IMG/VR virus record: IMGVR_UViG_3300020034_000017
Location: 1-57,341 of that record
Reading direction: 5' to 3' (one strand)
Length of the DNA stretch: 57,341 nt
Source of the DNA: a virus
Lineage: Duplodnaviria > Caudoviricetes
Shown here in pieces: positions 8,652 through 18,197 of the stretch. Every line of letters begins with the position of its first letter. The stretch's first letter is position 1. The notes beneath the pieces were generated by a model. That model searched no databases, was not told where the DNA came from, and was given only the letters and a program-made list of their open reading frames with translations. The position numbers were made by a program, and so were the translations under genes.

Positions 8652-10391
8652 ATGGTACTAGCTTTGGCCAACAGGGCAACCCCTCGATACTACGGTGAGT
8701 TTCGTGAGCGTGTCCTGGCGGGTGAAATTCCCGTAAACAGACACATTTCGTCGGAGATGAACAGGATTGACGATCTAATCGCCAACTCAAACATCTATTA
8801 CGACGAAAACGCAGTCGAAGGGTTCGTCAAGTACTGCGAGAAAGAACTCACACTCACCGATGGTAGTGATCTTCACCTTCTTGACTCGTTCAAGTTGTGG
8901 GCTGAGCAGATTTTCTGTTGGTACTACTTCGTAGATCGAAGTGTGTACGATCCAGAGACTCAAACCTATGTAACGAAGACAATCAAGAAGCGTCTCACCA
9001 CCAAACAGTACTTGATCGTGGCTCGAGGCGCGGCAAAGTCGATGTATGCCTATTGCATTCATGCTTATTTCTTGAACATCGACACGTCGACGACTCACCA
9101 GATCAATACTGCTCCTACCATGAAGCAGGCAGAAGAGGTTCTCTCTCCCTTCCGTACTTCAATCACTCGAGCACGCGGCCCATTGTTTAGATTCCTCACT
9201 GAGGGGTCAATTCGCAACACTACAGGCCCTGCGGCTCAAAGACAGAAGTTGGTTTCGACCAAGAAGGGTATCGAGAACTTCCTTACCGGATCGCTGCTAG
9301 AGATTCGTCCGATGACGATCAACAAACTACAGGGTCTTCGACCCAAGATCTCATCTGTGGACGAATGGTTGTCCGGTGACATTCGGGAAGATGTTGTGGG
9401 TGCTATCGAACAGGGCGCTTCGAAGATGGATGACTATTTGATCGTCGCGATCAGTTCGGAAGGTACTGTCCGTAATGGTTCCGGCGATACGATTAAGATG
9501 GAGCTCGAGAACATCCTCAAGGGTGAGTATGAAGCTCCTCATATTTCCATCTTCTACTATCGTTTGGACGACATCGAAGAAGTCAATCAACCTGAGATGT
9601 GGTTGAAGGCTAACCCGAACCTTGGAAAGACCGTTACGTATGACGCCTATCATTTGGATGTGGAACGAGCCGAGAAAGCTCCTGCATCTCGCAACGATAT
9701 TCTGGCGAAGCGCTTCGGCATTCCGATGGAGGGTTACACCTACTACTTCACATACGAAGAGACCATCCCGCATTCTCCTCGCAGCTTTGCGGGAATGGCG
9801 GCGTCTCTTGGCGTGGATCTTTCACAAGGCGATGACTTCTGCGCATTTACTTTCTTGTTCCCTCTTGGGAATGGAGACTTTGGTATCAAAACACGAAGCT
9901 ACATCACGACATTGACTCTGATGAAGCTACCGGGAGCCATGCGCCACAAGTACGACGAGTTCATGAATGAGGACAGCCTTCAGATCATGGAGGGCAACAT
10001 CATTGACACCATGGAAGTCTATGACGACCTTGAGGCTTTCATGATTGCCAACGATTACGAAGTCAACTCGCTTGGGTTCGACCCGTACAACGCAAAAGAG
10101 TTCATTACTAGATGGGAACTCGAGAACGGTCCGTTCGGGATCGAGAAGGTTATTCAGGGAGCTAAGACGGAGTCGGTCCCTCTTGGTGAGTTGAAGAACC
10201 TGGCAGAACAGCAAGCTCTTATTTTCGATCAGTCGCTCATGTCGTTTGCTATGGGCAACGCGATCACACTTGAAGACACAAACGGAAACCGTAAGCTTCT
10301 CAAGAAGCGAGCGGAAGAGAAGATCGACAACGTATCCGCCATGTTGGACGCCTTCGTGGCGTACAAACTACACAAGGAGAACTTCGAATGA
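8652..10391 (+). CDS. terL: Terminase large subunit
   Basis: Walker A ARGAAKS, Walker B SSVDE, ANP motif, nuclease GVDLSQGDD and KID motifs. Confidence 0.93.
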   Translation: MVLALANRATPRYYGEFRERVLAGEIPVNRHISSEMNRIDDLIANSNIYYDENAVEGFVKYCEKELTLTDGSDLHLLDSFKLWAEQIFCWYYFVDRSVYDPETQTYVTKTIKKRLTTKQYLIVARGAAKSMYAYCIHAYFLNIDTSTTHQINTAPTMKQAEEVLSPFRTSITRARGPLFRFLTEGSIRNTTGPAAQRQKLVSTKKGIENFLTGSLLEIRPMTINKLQGLRPKISSVDEWLSGDIREDVVGAIEQGASKMDDYLIVAISSEGTVRNGSGDTIKMELENILKGEYEAPHISIFYYRLDDIEEVNQPEMWLKANPNLGKTVTYDAYHLDVERAEKAPASRNDILAKRFGIPMEGYTYYFTYEETIPHSPRSFAGMAASLGVDLSQGDDFCAFTFLFPLGNGDFGIKTRSYITTLTLMKLPGAMRHKYDEFMNEDSLQIMEGNIIDTMEVYDDLEAFMIANDYEVNSLGFDPYNAKEFITRWELENGPFGIEKVIQGAKTESVPLGELKNLAEQQALIFDQSLMSFAMGNAITLEDTNGNRKLLKKRAEEKIDNVSAMLDAFVAYKLHKENFE

Positions 10392-10615
10392 ATCCTGAAG
10401 ACGAAGCTGTGCAGGATGTGGATCTTCCGGTTGAGGATGATCGTCCTGTCAACGAAGAGGGACTGGTTGAGCCTGTTGTCACTGTGGATGCTGGCGGTGA
10501 TCCTGCTCCGGAGCCGGTTGAAGAGCCTTCTGAGCCTCTCGATGATGTTGCCACGCCTACCTCAGATCCAGTTCAGCCGACCGAGCCGTCGGCCGATCCC
10601 GAAGACAACGAGTAG
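10388..10615 (+). CDS. Acidic Pro-rich small protein
   Basis: ATGA overlap, RBS AAGGAG; very acidic low-complexity sequence. Confidence 0.6.
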   Translation: MNPEDEAVQDVDLPVEDDRPVNEEGLVEPVVTVDAGGDPAPEPVEEPSEPLDDVATPTSDPVQPTEPSADPEDNE

Positions 10616-10647
10616 TCCGTATTTCGGGCTTCGAAAGGAGGTAACAA

Positions 10648-10983
10648 GTGATCATCGATGAGAGCACATACCTTGAGCATTTTGGTAAGAAGGGTATGAA
10701 GTGGGGCGTTCGTCAAACTCGCAAAGCCCAAGGCAGAGTAGATCAGTTCAAACGTGTTGCTGAGGGAAAAGGCACTGGAAGAGATCGTCGTGCAGTTAAG
10801 GCCCAAACGAACTTTAGGGATCGTAAAAAGAGCAAAGGTGGCATTGAAAACGCCGCCAAAAAGCGTTTGGACTCGTTGGCTAACTCTCAAGCGAAGATGG
10901 CAGTTGGAAAGAACAAAGTTTCCAACATGTTGATGAAGCTTGAAGGAATCAACATGAAAGATCTCGATTTCAGTCATTCCTAG
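10648..10983 (+). CDS. Basic protein with N-terminal LEHFGKKGMKWG module
   Basis: MIIDESTYLEHFGKKGMKWGVRQ; RBS AAAGGAGG. Confidence 0.75.
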   Translation: MIIDESTYLEHFGKKGMKWGVRQTRKAQGRVDQFKRVAEGKGTGRDRRAVKAQTNFRDRKKSKGGIENAAKKRLDSLANSQAKMAVGKNKVSNMLMKLEGINMKDLDFSHS

Positions 10984-11021
10984 AACCAACGAGACCGACA
11001 AGTCAAAGGAGGTGATGATAT

Positions 11022-12332
11022 TTGGCCATCCGCGATAGAATGAAGAAAGCATGGAACGCGTTTCTTAATGTTGGACAGCAATCTACTGTCGAGTATGGCA
11101 CTAGCAGCTCATATTCTTCGAGTTCTCCGTCTCGGACCAGTAGGATGAGGAGTTACAACGATCGTTCCATTCTTACGTCGATCACGACTCGAATCGGTAT
11201 CGACGTCGCTGACGTTCTTATTCGTCACGTCAAACTCGACGAACAAGATCGATATTTGGAAGACGTGGATAGCAAACTCAACGCCTGCTTGACTTGGGAA
11301 GCCAATCTCGACCAATCACCACGAGCATTTCGTCAGGACATTGCACAGACCATTCTCGATCGAGGAGTTTGTGCTCTTGTTCCTGTCGACACTACGGTTG
11401 ACCCACAGACGCAAGAGATTTTCGATGTCATCACACTTCGTGTTGGCACAGTCAGTACTTGGTCAGCCAAACATATTCGTGTAGATGTTTGGAACGAGGC
11501 AAAGGGACGAAGGCAAGAGATCACTCTTGAAAAGCGATACGTGGCCATCATTGAGAATCCGCTTTTCGCTGTGATGAATGAGCACAACTCTACGTTCCAA
11601 CGTCTTTGTCGGAAGCTCACGCTGCTTGATGCTGTTGATGAGCAGGCAAGCTCTGGTAAGTTGGACATCATTATCCAGCTGCCATATGCCATCAAGACAG
11701 AGGCAAAGCGAGAAGCTGCAGAGATGCGTCGCACAGATATTGAAATGCAGCTGACGGGAAGTAAGTACGGAATTGCTTACGTCGATGGTACCGAAAAGAT
11801 CATCCAGCTGAATCGTCCTGCTGAGAACAACCTCATGAAGGCCATTGAGTTCCTTACAACCATGTTGTATGGACAGCTTGGTATCACAGAGGAAGTAATG
11901 AATGGTACAGCAGACGAAAAGACCATGCTCAATTATCAGAATCGAACAATCAAACCGATTGTTGATTCTATTGTCGAAAGCATGCAGAGATCGTTCCTTG
12001 GGCCTGCTGGAAAGCGGCGTAATGAACGTATTCTCTACTTCATCGACCCGTTCAAGCTGGTTACCATGAAGGATCTTGCCGAAATTGCTGACAAACTGAC
12101 TCGTAACGAGGTCATCACTTCTAATGAGATCAGAGGTGGCATCGGCATGAAGCCTTCGCCGGATCCAAAGGCAGATAAGCTTGGTAATCCCAACATGCCT
12201 GATGGTACAACCACGGTTAATGTTGGGACTTCTGCGGAAGATGACGCTGGTACCACAGCTGCTTTGGATGATCTAGATTCAACAATCGGCGACATTCTTA
12301 CTGAGTTTGGGGGTGAGCCGCCTAATGAATGA
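11022..12332 (+). CDS. Portal protein
   Basis: Position between terminase and capsid, 436 aa, HK97-like C-terminal TSNEIR motif. Confidence 0.88.
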   Translation: MAIRDRMKKAWNAFLNVGQQSTVEYGTSSSYSSSSPSRTSRMRSYNDRSILTSITTRIGIDVADVLIRHVKLDEQDRYLEDVDSKLNACLTWEANLDQSPRAFRQDIAQTILDRGVCALVPVDTTVDPQTQEIFDVITLRVGTVSTWSAKHIRVDVWNEAKGRRQEITLEKRYVAIIENPLFAVMNEHNSTFQRLCRKLTLLDAVDEQASSGKLDIIIQLPYAIKTEAKREAAEMRRTDIEMQLTGSKYGIAYVDGTEKIIQLNRPAENNLMKAIEFLTTMLYGQLGITEEVMNGTADEKTMLNYQNRTIKPIVDSIVESMQRSFLGPAGKRRNERILYFIDPFKLVTMKDLAEIADKLTRNEVITSNEIRGGIGMKPSPDPKADKLGNPNMPDGTTTVNVGTSAEDDAGTTAALDDLDSTIGDILTEFGGEPPNE

Positions 12333-12846
12333 GCTTGGAAAAGAGTTCGTTCTTGACCACGGCAATATTCCTTTGTCTCATGTGGAGGAAGTCGTCGCGC
12401 ACTATGCTGAAGGCTATAATCCAGTTAAAGCACGCGAATACTACCTGAAAACAAGAAAGCTAAAGGGAAGAACTGCTGGAATAAAACCAGTTGCCAAAGG
12501 TAGATCGCTTGGCTCTAAGAAACCAGTCGCGTCTGGGATAAAAAACCCAGCACAACATCGAAAGGAGACGCAGGCTAAAGTTGCAGCTCTGAAGCTTCGA
12601 CTTGAAACGCTTCGTGTTGTTCTCGTTAAACTTACGGAGCAGTCAAAAGCTAGTGGCGGTATGGATTTTCCATTGGAGAGACGAATCAACGATGTGTTGG
12701 ATAGACTCGCCGCCACTCGTGATTCTTTGAAGAGATCCGAAACTAGCGCTCGAATCGCTGTTGCTCGTGATTCTTTGAAGAAATCCGAAACTAGCGCTCG
12801 AAAAGAAGCATCGAAACCCACGGCTGCAAAAGGCCGCCGATCCTAA
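12325..12846 (+). CDS. Basic coiled-coil head-region protein
   Basis: VVAHYAEGYNPVKAREYYLKTRKLKG N-terminal motif; internal 16-aa duplication. Confidence 0.65.
   Translation: MNELGKEFVLDHGNIPLSHVEEVVAHYAEGYNPVKAREYYLKTRKLKGRTAGIKPVAKGRSLGSKKPVASGIKNPAQHRKETQAKVAALKLRLETLRVVLVKLTEQSKASGGMDFPLERRINDVLDRLAATRDSLKRSETSARIAVARDSLKKSETSARKEASKPTAAKGRRS
12716..12802 (+). repeat. Intragenic 39-bp direct repeat, period 48 bp
   Basis: CTCGTGATTCTTTGAAGA(G/A)ATCCGAAACTAGCGCTCGAA at 12716 and 12764. Confidence 0.9.
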
Positions 12847-12861
12847 GAAAGGAACGTCAAC

Positions 12862-14883
12862 ATGAAATGCGATTTCAGCGGCTGGGCAACCAAAGCCGAC
12901 GTGAAATGCACTGACGGACGAACCATCAATCCTAATGCTTTCGAGCATCAGGACACGATGCAGGTTCCGCTCGTTTGGCAGCATGGGCACAAGGACGTTG
13001 AGAACGTTCTCGGTCATGTGCTTCTCGAGAACCGAGACGAGGGTGTGTACTGCTATGCCTTCTTCAACGATACACCGAAGGCGAAGCATGCCAAGCAGGC
13101 AGTAGAGCACAAGGATATCAATCAGATGTCCATCTGGGCCAACGATCTCATCGAGCGGTCCAAGAGGGTGATGCACGGAGCAATTCGTGAGGTCAGCCTC
13201 GTGCTCTCTGGCGCTAACCCTGGCGCAGTCATCAAGAACATTCAACTTCGTCATTCTGAAGATGATGAGCTGGAGACGCTTGAGGATGAGGCAATCATCA
13301 CCACCGGTTTGAAGCTCGAGCATGCGGAGCTTCCGAAGGATCTGGAAGATGATGCTGCTGCAGGCGACGCTGGTGACGATGACCTCGACGGTCGCGTTGC
13401 TACCGAGGTTGAGCGTCAGCTTCAGCTTGCGCACGCAGCCGAAGATCCTACCATTCAGGACGTTTTCGAGTCCATGAGTGATGATCAGAAGGATGTGGTG
13501 TATTTCATGGTCGGCACGGCCCTCGAGTCGACCTCGGCAGAGCACAGCAACCTCGGTGACGAGGCCAACGACGACAAGAAAGGCAAAGAATCAATGGGAC
13601 ACAACGTGTTCGAGAAAGATGCTAAGGGGGGTACTGGTAGCAAGAACACCCTTGCTCATTCCGACCTTGAAGCCATCAAGGCTGAGGCAAAGCGGGGTGG
13701 TTCGCTCAAGCACGCTGTCGAGGCTTACGCCGAGGAGCACCTTGAGCATGGTATCCAGGACATCGACACGTTGTTCCCGGACGCCAAGGCCATTTCCAAC
13801 ACTCCCGAGATGCTCAGCCGTCGTGTTGAGTGGGTTGGCAAGCTGATGGGTGGCATCACCAAGCGCCCGTTTGCCCGGATCAAGACCCTCTCGGCGGACA
13901 TCACGGTGCCTGAGGCTCGCGCCAAGGGTTACATTACCGGCAGCCTGAAGAAGGAAGAGTTCTTCAAGGTTCTGAAGCGGGTCACTGAGCCCACCACCGT
14001 GTACAAGAAGCAGAAGCTCGATCGCGATGACATGATCGACATCACTGACTTCGACGTGGTGGCCTGGCTCAAGGCTGAGATGCGTCAGATGCTCGACGAG
14101 GAAATCGCCCGTGCGATCCTCCTTGGTGATGGCCGCGCCGGCGATCACGAGGACAAGATCAACGAAGAGAAGATCCGCCCAATCGTCTCTGATCACGAGC
14201 TGTACACCACCACAGTCAACGTCAATATCAACGATGCAAGCTCCAACATGAGCGAGGTTTCGGACAAGATCGCGCTGAGCAGGAAGCACCTGCGTGGCTC
14301 CGGTCTGCCGACCATGTTCACCACGGAGACTTACATCGCGATGTTCCTCACCCAGCGTGACTCGCTTGGTCGCCGGCTCTACACGAGCCTTGATCAGCTG
14401 GCCACGGAGCTTCGGGTGTCGGAGATCGTGGCTGTTGAGGTCATGGAGGAGTATGAGGACATCGTCGCGGTTCTTGTGAACCCGGCTGACTACGCGGTTG
14501 GCTCCAACGCCGGCGGCGAGGTCTCGATGTTTGACGACTTCGACATCGACTACAACGAGTACAAGTATCTCATCGAGGGTCGGTGCTCTGGTGCGCTCAC
14601 CAAGCTGAAGTCGGCTCTCGTGGTCAAGAAGGTTGCCGGTACGGACGTGCTCGTTGAGCCGGCCTCGCCGACCTTCGATCCGGAGTCCGGTGAAGTCACG
14701 ATCGTCAACACCACTGGTGTTGTGTACCGCAACCTCGACACGGACGCTGTGATCGACAACGCTGGCTCGCCGTACGAGCTGGCCGAGGGTGAGACCCTGA
14801 ACGTCCACGCAACGCCCGCCAGCGGCAAGTACTTCGCCGACAGCACCGTCGATGACTGGAGCTTCACCCGTCCCGAAGCGTGA
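12862..14883 (+). CDS. Prohead protease-major capsid protein fusion with C-terminal Ig-like extension
   Basis: N-terminal HK97-type protease (FSGWAT, PLVWQH, MSIW, EVSLVLSGANPGA), acidic linker, HK97-fold capsid region, beta-rich tail ending DDWSF. Confidence 0.9.
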   Translation: MKCDFSGWATKADVKCTDGRTINPNAFEHQDTMQVPLVWQHGHKDVENVLGHVLLENRDEGVYCYAFFNDTPKAKHAKQAVEHKDINQMSIWANDLIERSKRVMHGAIREVSLVLSGANPGAVIKNIQLRHSEDDELETLEDEAIITTGLKLEHAELPKDLEDDAAAGDAGDDDLDGRVATEVERQLQLAHAAEDPTIQDVFESMSDDQKDVVYFMVGTALESTSAEHSNLGDEANDDKKGKESMGHNVFEKDAKGGTGSKNTLAHSDLEAIKAEAKRGGSLKHAVEAYAEEHLEHGIQDIDTLFPDAKAISNTPEMLSRRVEWVGKLMGGITKRPFARIKTLSADITVPEARAKGYITGSLKKEEFFKVLKRVTEPTTVYKKQKLDRDDMIDITDFDVVAWLKAEMRQMLDEEIARAILLGDGRAGDHEDKINEEKIRPIVSDHELYTTTVNVNINDASSNMSEVSDKIALSRKHLRGSGLPTMFTTETYIAMFLTQRDSLGRRLYTSLDQLATELRVSEIVAVEVMEEYEDIVAVLVNPADYAVGSNAGGEVSMFDDFDIDYNEYKYLIEGRCSGALTKLKSALVVKKVAGTDVLVEPASPTFDPESGEVTIVNTTGVVYRNLDTDAVIDNAGSPYELAEGETLNVHATPASGKYFADSTVDDWSFTRPEA

Positions 14884-14899
14884 GCATTAAGGAGTTAAG

Positions 14900-15229
14900 A
14901 TGGCACGGTTCCACGGAGTAGTCGGTTATGGGAAATCCGTAGAGACACCTCCGGGATCCGGAAAGTGGTCGGACCAAATCACGGAGAAAACATACACCGG
15001 CGATGTTATTCGCAATACACGAAACCTTGAGCCTGGCGATCAAGTCAATTCTGACATCACTGTCGCCAACTCGATTAGCATCGTGGCCGATCAATTTGCC
15101 GTCGAACACTTCGCCCTAATCAAGTACGTGCGATGGGGCGGGGTGTACTGGACTGTTCCCACTGTGGAAGTTCGGCACCCCCGCCTCATCTTGAACATTG
15201 GGAAGGTGTATAATGGACCCAAAGCGTGA
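14900..15229 (+). CDS. Head-to-tail stopper
   Basis: Position after capsid; size and beta-rich pattern. Confidence 0.65.
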   Translation: MARFHGVVGYGKSVETPPGSGKWSDQITEKTYTGDVIRNTRNLEPGDQVNSDITVANSISIVADQFAVEHFALIKYVRWGGVYWTVPTVEVRHPRLILNIGKVYNGPKA

Positions 15230-15527
15230 TGCTCTGCATGAACTCTTGCTGAGTCTTATGCCAGAAGGCTCCAAGAACGTCTATTTTCAACCACCTCCTA
15301 GTCTTCAAATGCTGTATCCATGCATTCGCTATCAAAGGGATGACATTCGGGTTCAGTATGCGGATAATGTACAGTATAAGGGAAAGAAACGCTATCTTCT
15401 GACGATAATCACCAAAGATGTTGATAGTGAGATTCCCTCTACAGTGGCGAAGCTTCCTTACTGTTCTTTTGATCGCTTCTTCACGACCGAAAGCCTCAAT
15501 CACGACGTGTTCAATCTCTACTTCTAA
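15213..15527 (+). CDS. Tail terminator
   Basis: NVYFQPP..YPCIRY motif, immediately before the major tail gene. Confidence 0.65.
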   Translation: MDPKRDALHELLLSLMPEGSKNVYFQPPPSLQMLYPCIRYQRDDIRVQYADNVQYKGKKRYLLTIITKDVDSEIPSTVAKLPYCSFDRFFTTESLNHDVFNLYF

Positions 15528-15542
15528 AAGGAGAACAAGCAA

Positions 15543-16439
15543 ATGGTCAAACTCGCTTGGGACCTGGTTGGCGAACGGACTTACGAGACCGGCGTTGATC
15601 ATGGTGTCCTCTACGAGCCGGATGAGTCAGGGGCTTACGTCGATGGCGTAGCCTGGAATGGTCTTGTGACCGTCTCTGAGACTCCATCTGGTGCTGAGGC
15701 AAACCCGCAATATGCAGACAATATGAAGTACCTGAACCTGATCTCGGCTGAGCAGTTCGCTGCTACAATCGAGGCGTTCACGTACCCCGACGAGTTCCAG
15801 AAGTACGATGGACTTGCGGTGCCCACTCCGGGTGTCACGGTGGGACAACAGAGCCGCAAGGGCTTTGGTTTGTCCTATCGTACTCTGAAGGGCAATGACC
15901 TCCAAGGTGATGACTACGGATACAAGCTGAAGCTCGTGTATGGCTGCACTGCTAGTCCTTCCGAGAAGGCTTTCTCCAGCATCAACGAGTCGCCTGAGGC
16001 CATCCAGTTCAGCTGGGAGGTCGCCACCATTCCGGTGCCGGTTCCTGGTGTGATGATTGGTGGGAAGCCGTTGCGGCCGACATCGATCCTCACGATTGAT
16101 TCGACTGAGGTCGGTGCTGATGAGCTTGCTGCTCTTGAGCTGATTCTCTATGGGGATGATGCTGTCGCACCTCGGCTGCCTCTCCCCGCTGAGGTCATTG
16201 CCATCATCTCCGAGGGTGTTACGGAGTCCAGTATGCCGACTGAGCCTGCTTACAACGCAAGCACCGACATCATCACCATCCCGACCACCACTGGCGTCGA
16301 GTACCTCGTCGACGGTGAGGTTGTGCCGGCCGGTGCCTATGGCCCGATCACTGAGACGACAGTCGTTACCGCTCGACCGTTGGAAGGCTTTGTCTTCCCG
16401 CCGAACAGCGATGATGATTGGACGATCGTCTTCGCCTGA
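15543..16439 (+). CDS. Major tail protein
   Basis: WDLVGERTYETGVDHGVLY..AWNGL..YADN..FTYPDEF; C-terminal Ig-like domain ending DDWT. Confidence 0.88.
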   Translation: MVKLAWDLVGERTYETGVDHGVLYEPDESGAYVDGVAWNGLVTVSETPSGAEANPQYADNMKYLNLISAEQFAATIEAFTYPDEFQKYDGLAVPTPGVTVGQQSRKGFGLSYRTLKGNDLQGDDYGYKLKLVYGCTASPSEKAFSSINESPEAIQFSWEVATIPVPVPGVMIGGKPLRPTSILTIDSTEVGADELAALELILYGDDAVAPRLPLPAEVIAIISEGVTESSMPTEPAYNASTDIITIPTTTGVEYLVDGEVVPAGAYGPITETTVVTARPLEGFVFPPNSDDDWTIVFA

Positions 16440-16460
16440 TCTTTTGAATGGAGGTAGAGA

Positions 16461-17006
16461 ATGCTTAGAGTGGTCATCAAAGGAGAAGAATTGTGGAATG
16501 AAGGTAAGAACGAATTCATTCCGCCGAAGCCGGATGTCACTCTAGAACTCGAGCATTCTTTGCTCTCTGTGTCAAAATGGGAGTCGAAATACGAAAAGCC
16601 GTTCCTTCTCCCAGGTCGTAAAACAGTCGATGAGGTATACGATTACATCAGAGCAATGGTGATAACGCCCAACTTTGACCCCGGCGTTCTGGATGACTTG
16701 TCTCAAGAGTTTCTTAGTTCGGTTCAAGCCTACATTGACTCGAACCAAACGGCGACAACTTTTGGACATATGCCAGAGCGTCGGGGTCAGGGCGAAATCA
16801 TCACAGCAGAGCTAGTTTATTGGTGGATGGTGAATTTCAACATTCCGTTCACTTGTGAAACTTGGCATTTGAATCGACTCTTTGCTCTCATTCGAATTGC
16901 CAACGTCAAGACCTCGAAGCCAAAGCGCATGTCCAGGAATGAGATGGCTCAGAGGAACAAGGAGATTAACGATCGTAGAAGAGCCGAACTAGGCACCAAG
17001 GGATGA
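16461..17006 (+). CDS. Putative tail assembly chaperone
   Basis: Position after the major tail gene; LEHSLLSVSKWESK and WHLNRL motifs. Confidence 0.55.
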   Translation: MLRVVIKGEELWNEGKNEFIPPKPDVTLELEHSLLSVSKWESKYEKPFLLPGRKTVDEVYDYIRAMVITPNFDPGVLDDLSQEFLSSVQAYIDSNQTATTFGHMPERRGQGEIITAELVYWWMVNFNIPFTCETWHLNRLFALIRIANVKTSKPKRMSRNEMAQRNKEINDRRRAELGTKG

Positions 17007-17016
17007 AAGGAGGGTC

Positions 17017-17814
17017 ATGTCCACGCTTATTTGGGATGAAGTAGGAAGTCGTACGTACGAGTCCGGTCTAGACAAAGGTGTCTTGTACCTTCCGGAAGGT
17101 GGAGCAGTTCCTTGGAACGGTCTTGTCGAGGTTATCGAAAAGCACGACGGTGAATCTAACCCGGTGTACTTCGATGGCTCCAAGATCAACGATCTTGTTT
17201 CAGTTGGTTCCTTTCTCGGGACTGTGAAAGCAATCACTTATCCCGATGAGATGAGCAAACTTGAAGGAATGGGTGAAGCTAGCGCTGGTGTTTTCCTTGG
17301 TCATCAACGACCGAAGTTGTTTGGCTTGTGTTGGCGTACGAGAATTGCTGACGATCTAGATGAAGATTCCGGTTACAAACTCCATCTTCTGTACAATGTT
17401 TCGGCTGTGCCAAGCGACAAGACATATTCCACACTCGCAGACGCACCGAACATTGCCAACTTCGAATGGGGCATTGGCGCTGTCCCAGAACATGCTCCTG
17501 GTGTAAAGCCGACGGCGTACGTTGTGCTGGATTCAAGAGCTGTAAACCCCGATCTTCTCGCGGAATATGAAGCAATTCTCTACGGAACCGATTTGACTAT
17601 TCCTGCGATGATTCCCTTGATTGACTTTGTCAACAGCCTGTACTACGGCTACAAGTGGAAGATCATTGACAATGGCGACGGCACGTTCACTGCGATCACC
17701 CCAATCGAAGGCCTTCTTGAGGAAGGTGATGAACCCGGTAAGTGGATCCTGGATGATGTCAACATTACATATTTGACTGATGATCTGTACACTATGCGCG
17801 ATCAGTTGGTTTGA
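17017..17814 (+). CDS. Second major-tail-protein paralog
   Basis: WDEVGSRTYESGLDKGVLY..PWNGL..TYPDE..GYKLHLLY aligns with 15543..16439. Confidence 0.8.
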   Translation: MSTLIWDEVGSRTYESGLDKGVLYLPEGGAVPWNGLVEVIEKHDGESNPVYFDGSKINDLVSVGSFLGTVKAITYPDEMSKLEGMGEASAGVFLGHQRPKLFGLCWRTRIADDLDEDSGYKLHLLYNVSAVPSDKTYSTLADAPNIANFEWGIGAVPEHAPGVKPTAYVVLDSRAVNPDLLAEYEAILYGTDLTIPAMIPLIDFVNSLYYGYKWKIIDNGDGTFTAITPIEGLLEEGDEPGKWILDDVNITYLTDDLYTMRDQLV

Positions 17815-17816
17815 TC

Positions 17817-18197
17817 ATGTTTGCCATCGAGCACAAGGGAAACTTCAAACGAACTAGGGAATGGCTAGAAAGCCTTCATAACCGGGAGTTGTTCAGAGAC
17901 CTGGAACGGTGGGGCCAGATGGGTGTCGATGCTCTCAATGCAGCAACACCAATAGACTCTGGAGTGAGCGCTGGTTCTTGGCAGTATCGGGTTATTCGTA
18001 ACCACAGATGGCCAGGAATCGAATGGTATAATACTAATCCAGCCGGCGTGTCTAACGTGCCTGTTGTGATCCTCATTCAGTACGGTCATGCAACTAGAAA
18101 TGGCGGTTATATTCAGGGTAGAGACTTTATCAACCCTGCAATGAAGCCGGTGTTTGAGACAATCCAACGAGAGCTATGGAAGAAGGTGAGATCATGA
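17817..18197 (+). CDS. HK97 gp10-like neck/tail completion protein
   Basis: TPIDSG..SW..QYGHAT..GRDFINPA pattern. Confidence 0.6.
   Translation: MFAIEHKGNFKRTREWLESLHNRELFRDLERWGQMGVDALNAATPIDSGVSAGSWQYRVIRNHRWPGIEWYNTNPAGVSNVPVVILIQYGHATRNGGYIQGRDFINPAMKPVFETIQRELWKKVRS

Noticed and set aside
12643-14808. Long minus-strand ORFs (300 and 405 aa), and similar ones at 33367-34689, 50548-51366 and 54280-55248
   Set aside because: Antisense shadows of well-supported + strand genes with biased codon usage; no recognisable motifs.
16461-18197. Classical tail-assembly-chaperone frameshift before the tape measure
   Set aside because: No overlapping ORF pair with a slippery site was found; the genes here have their own RBS and starts.
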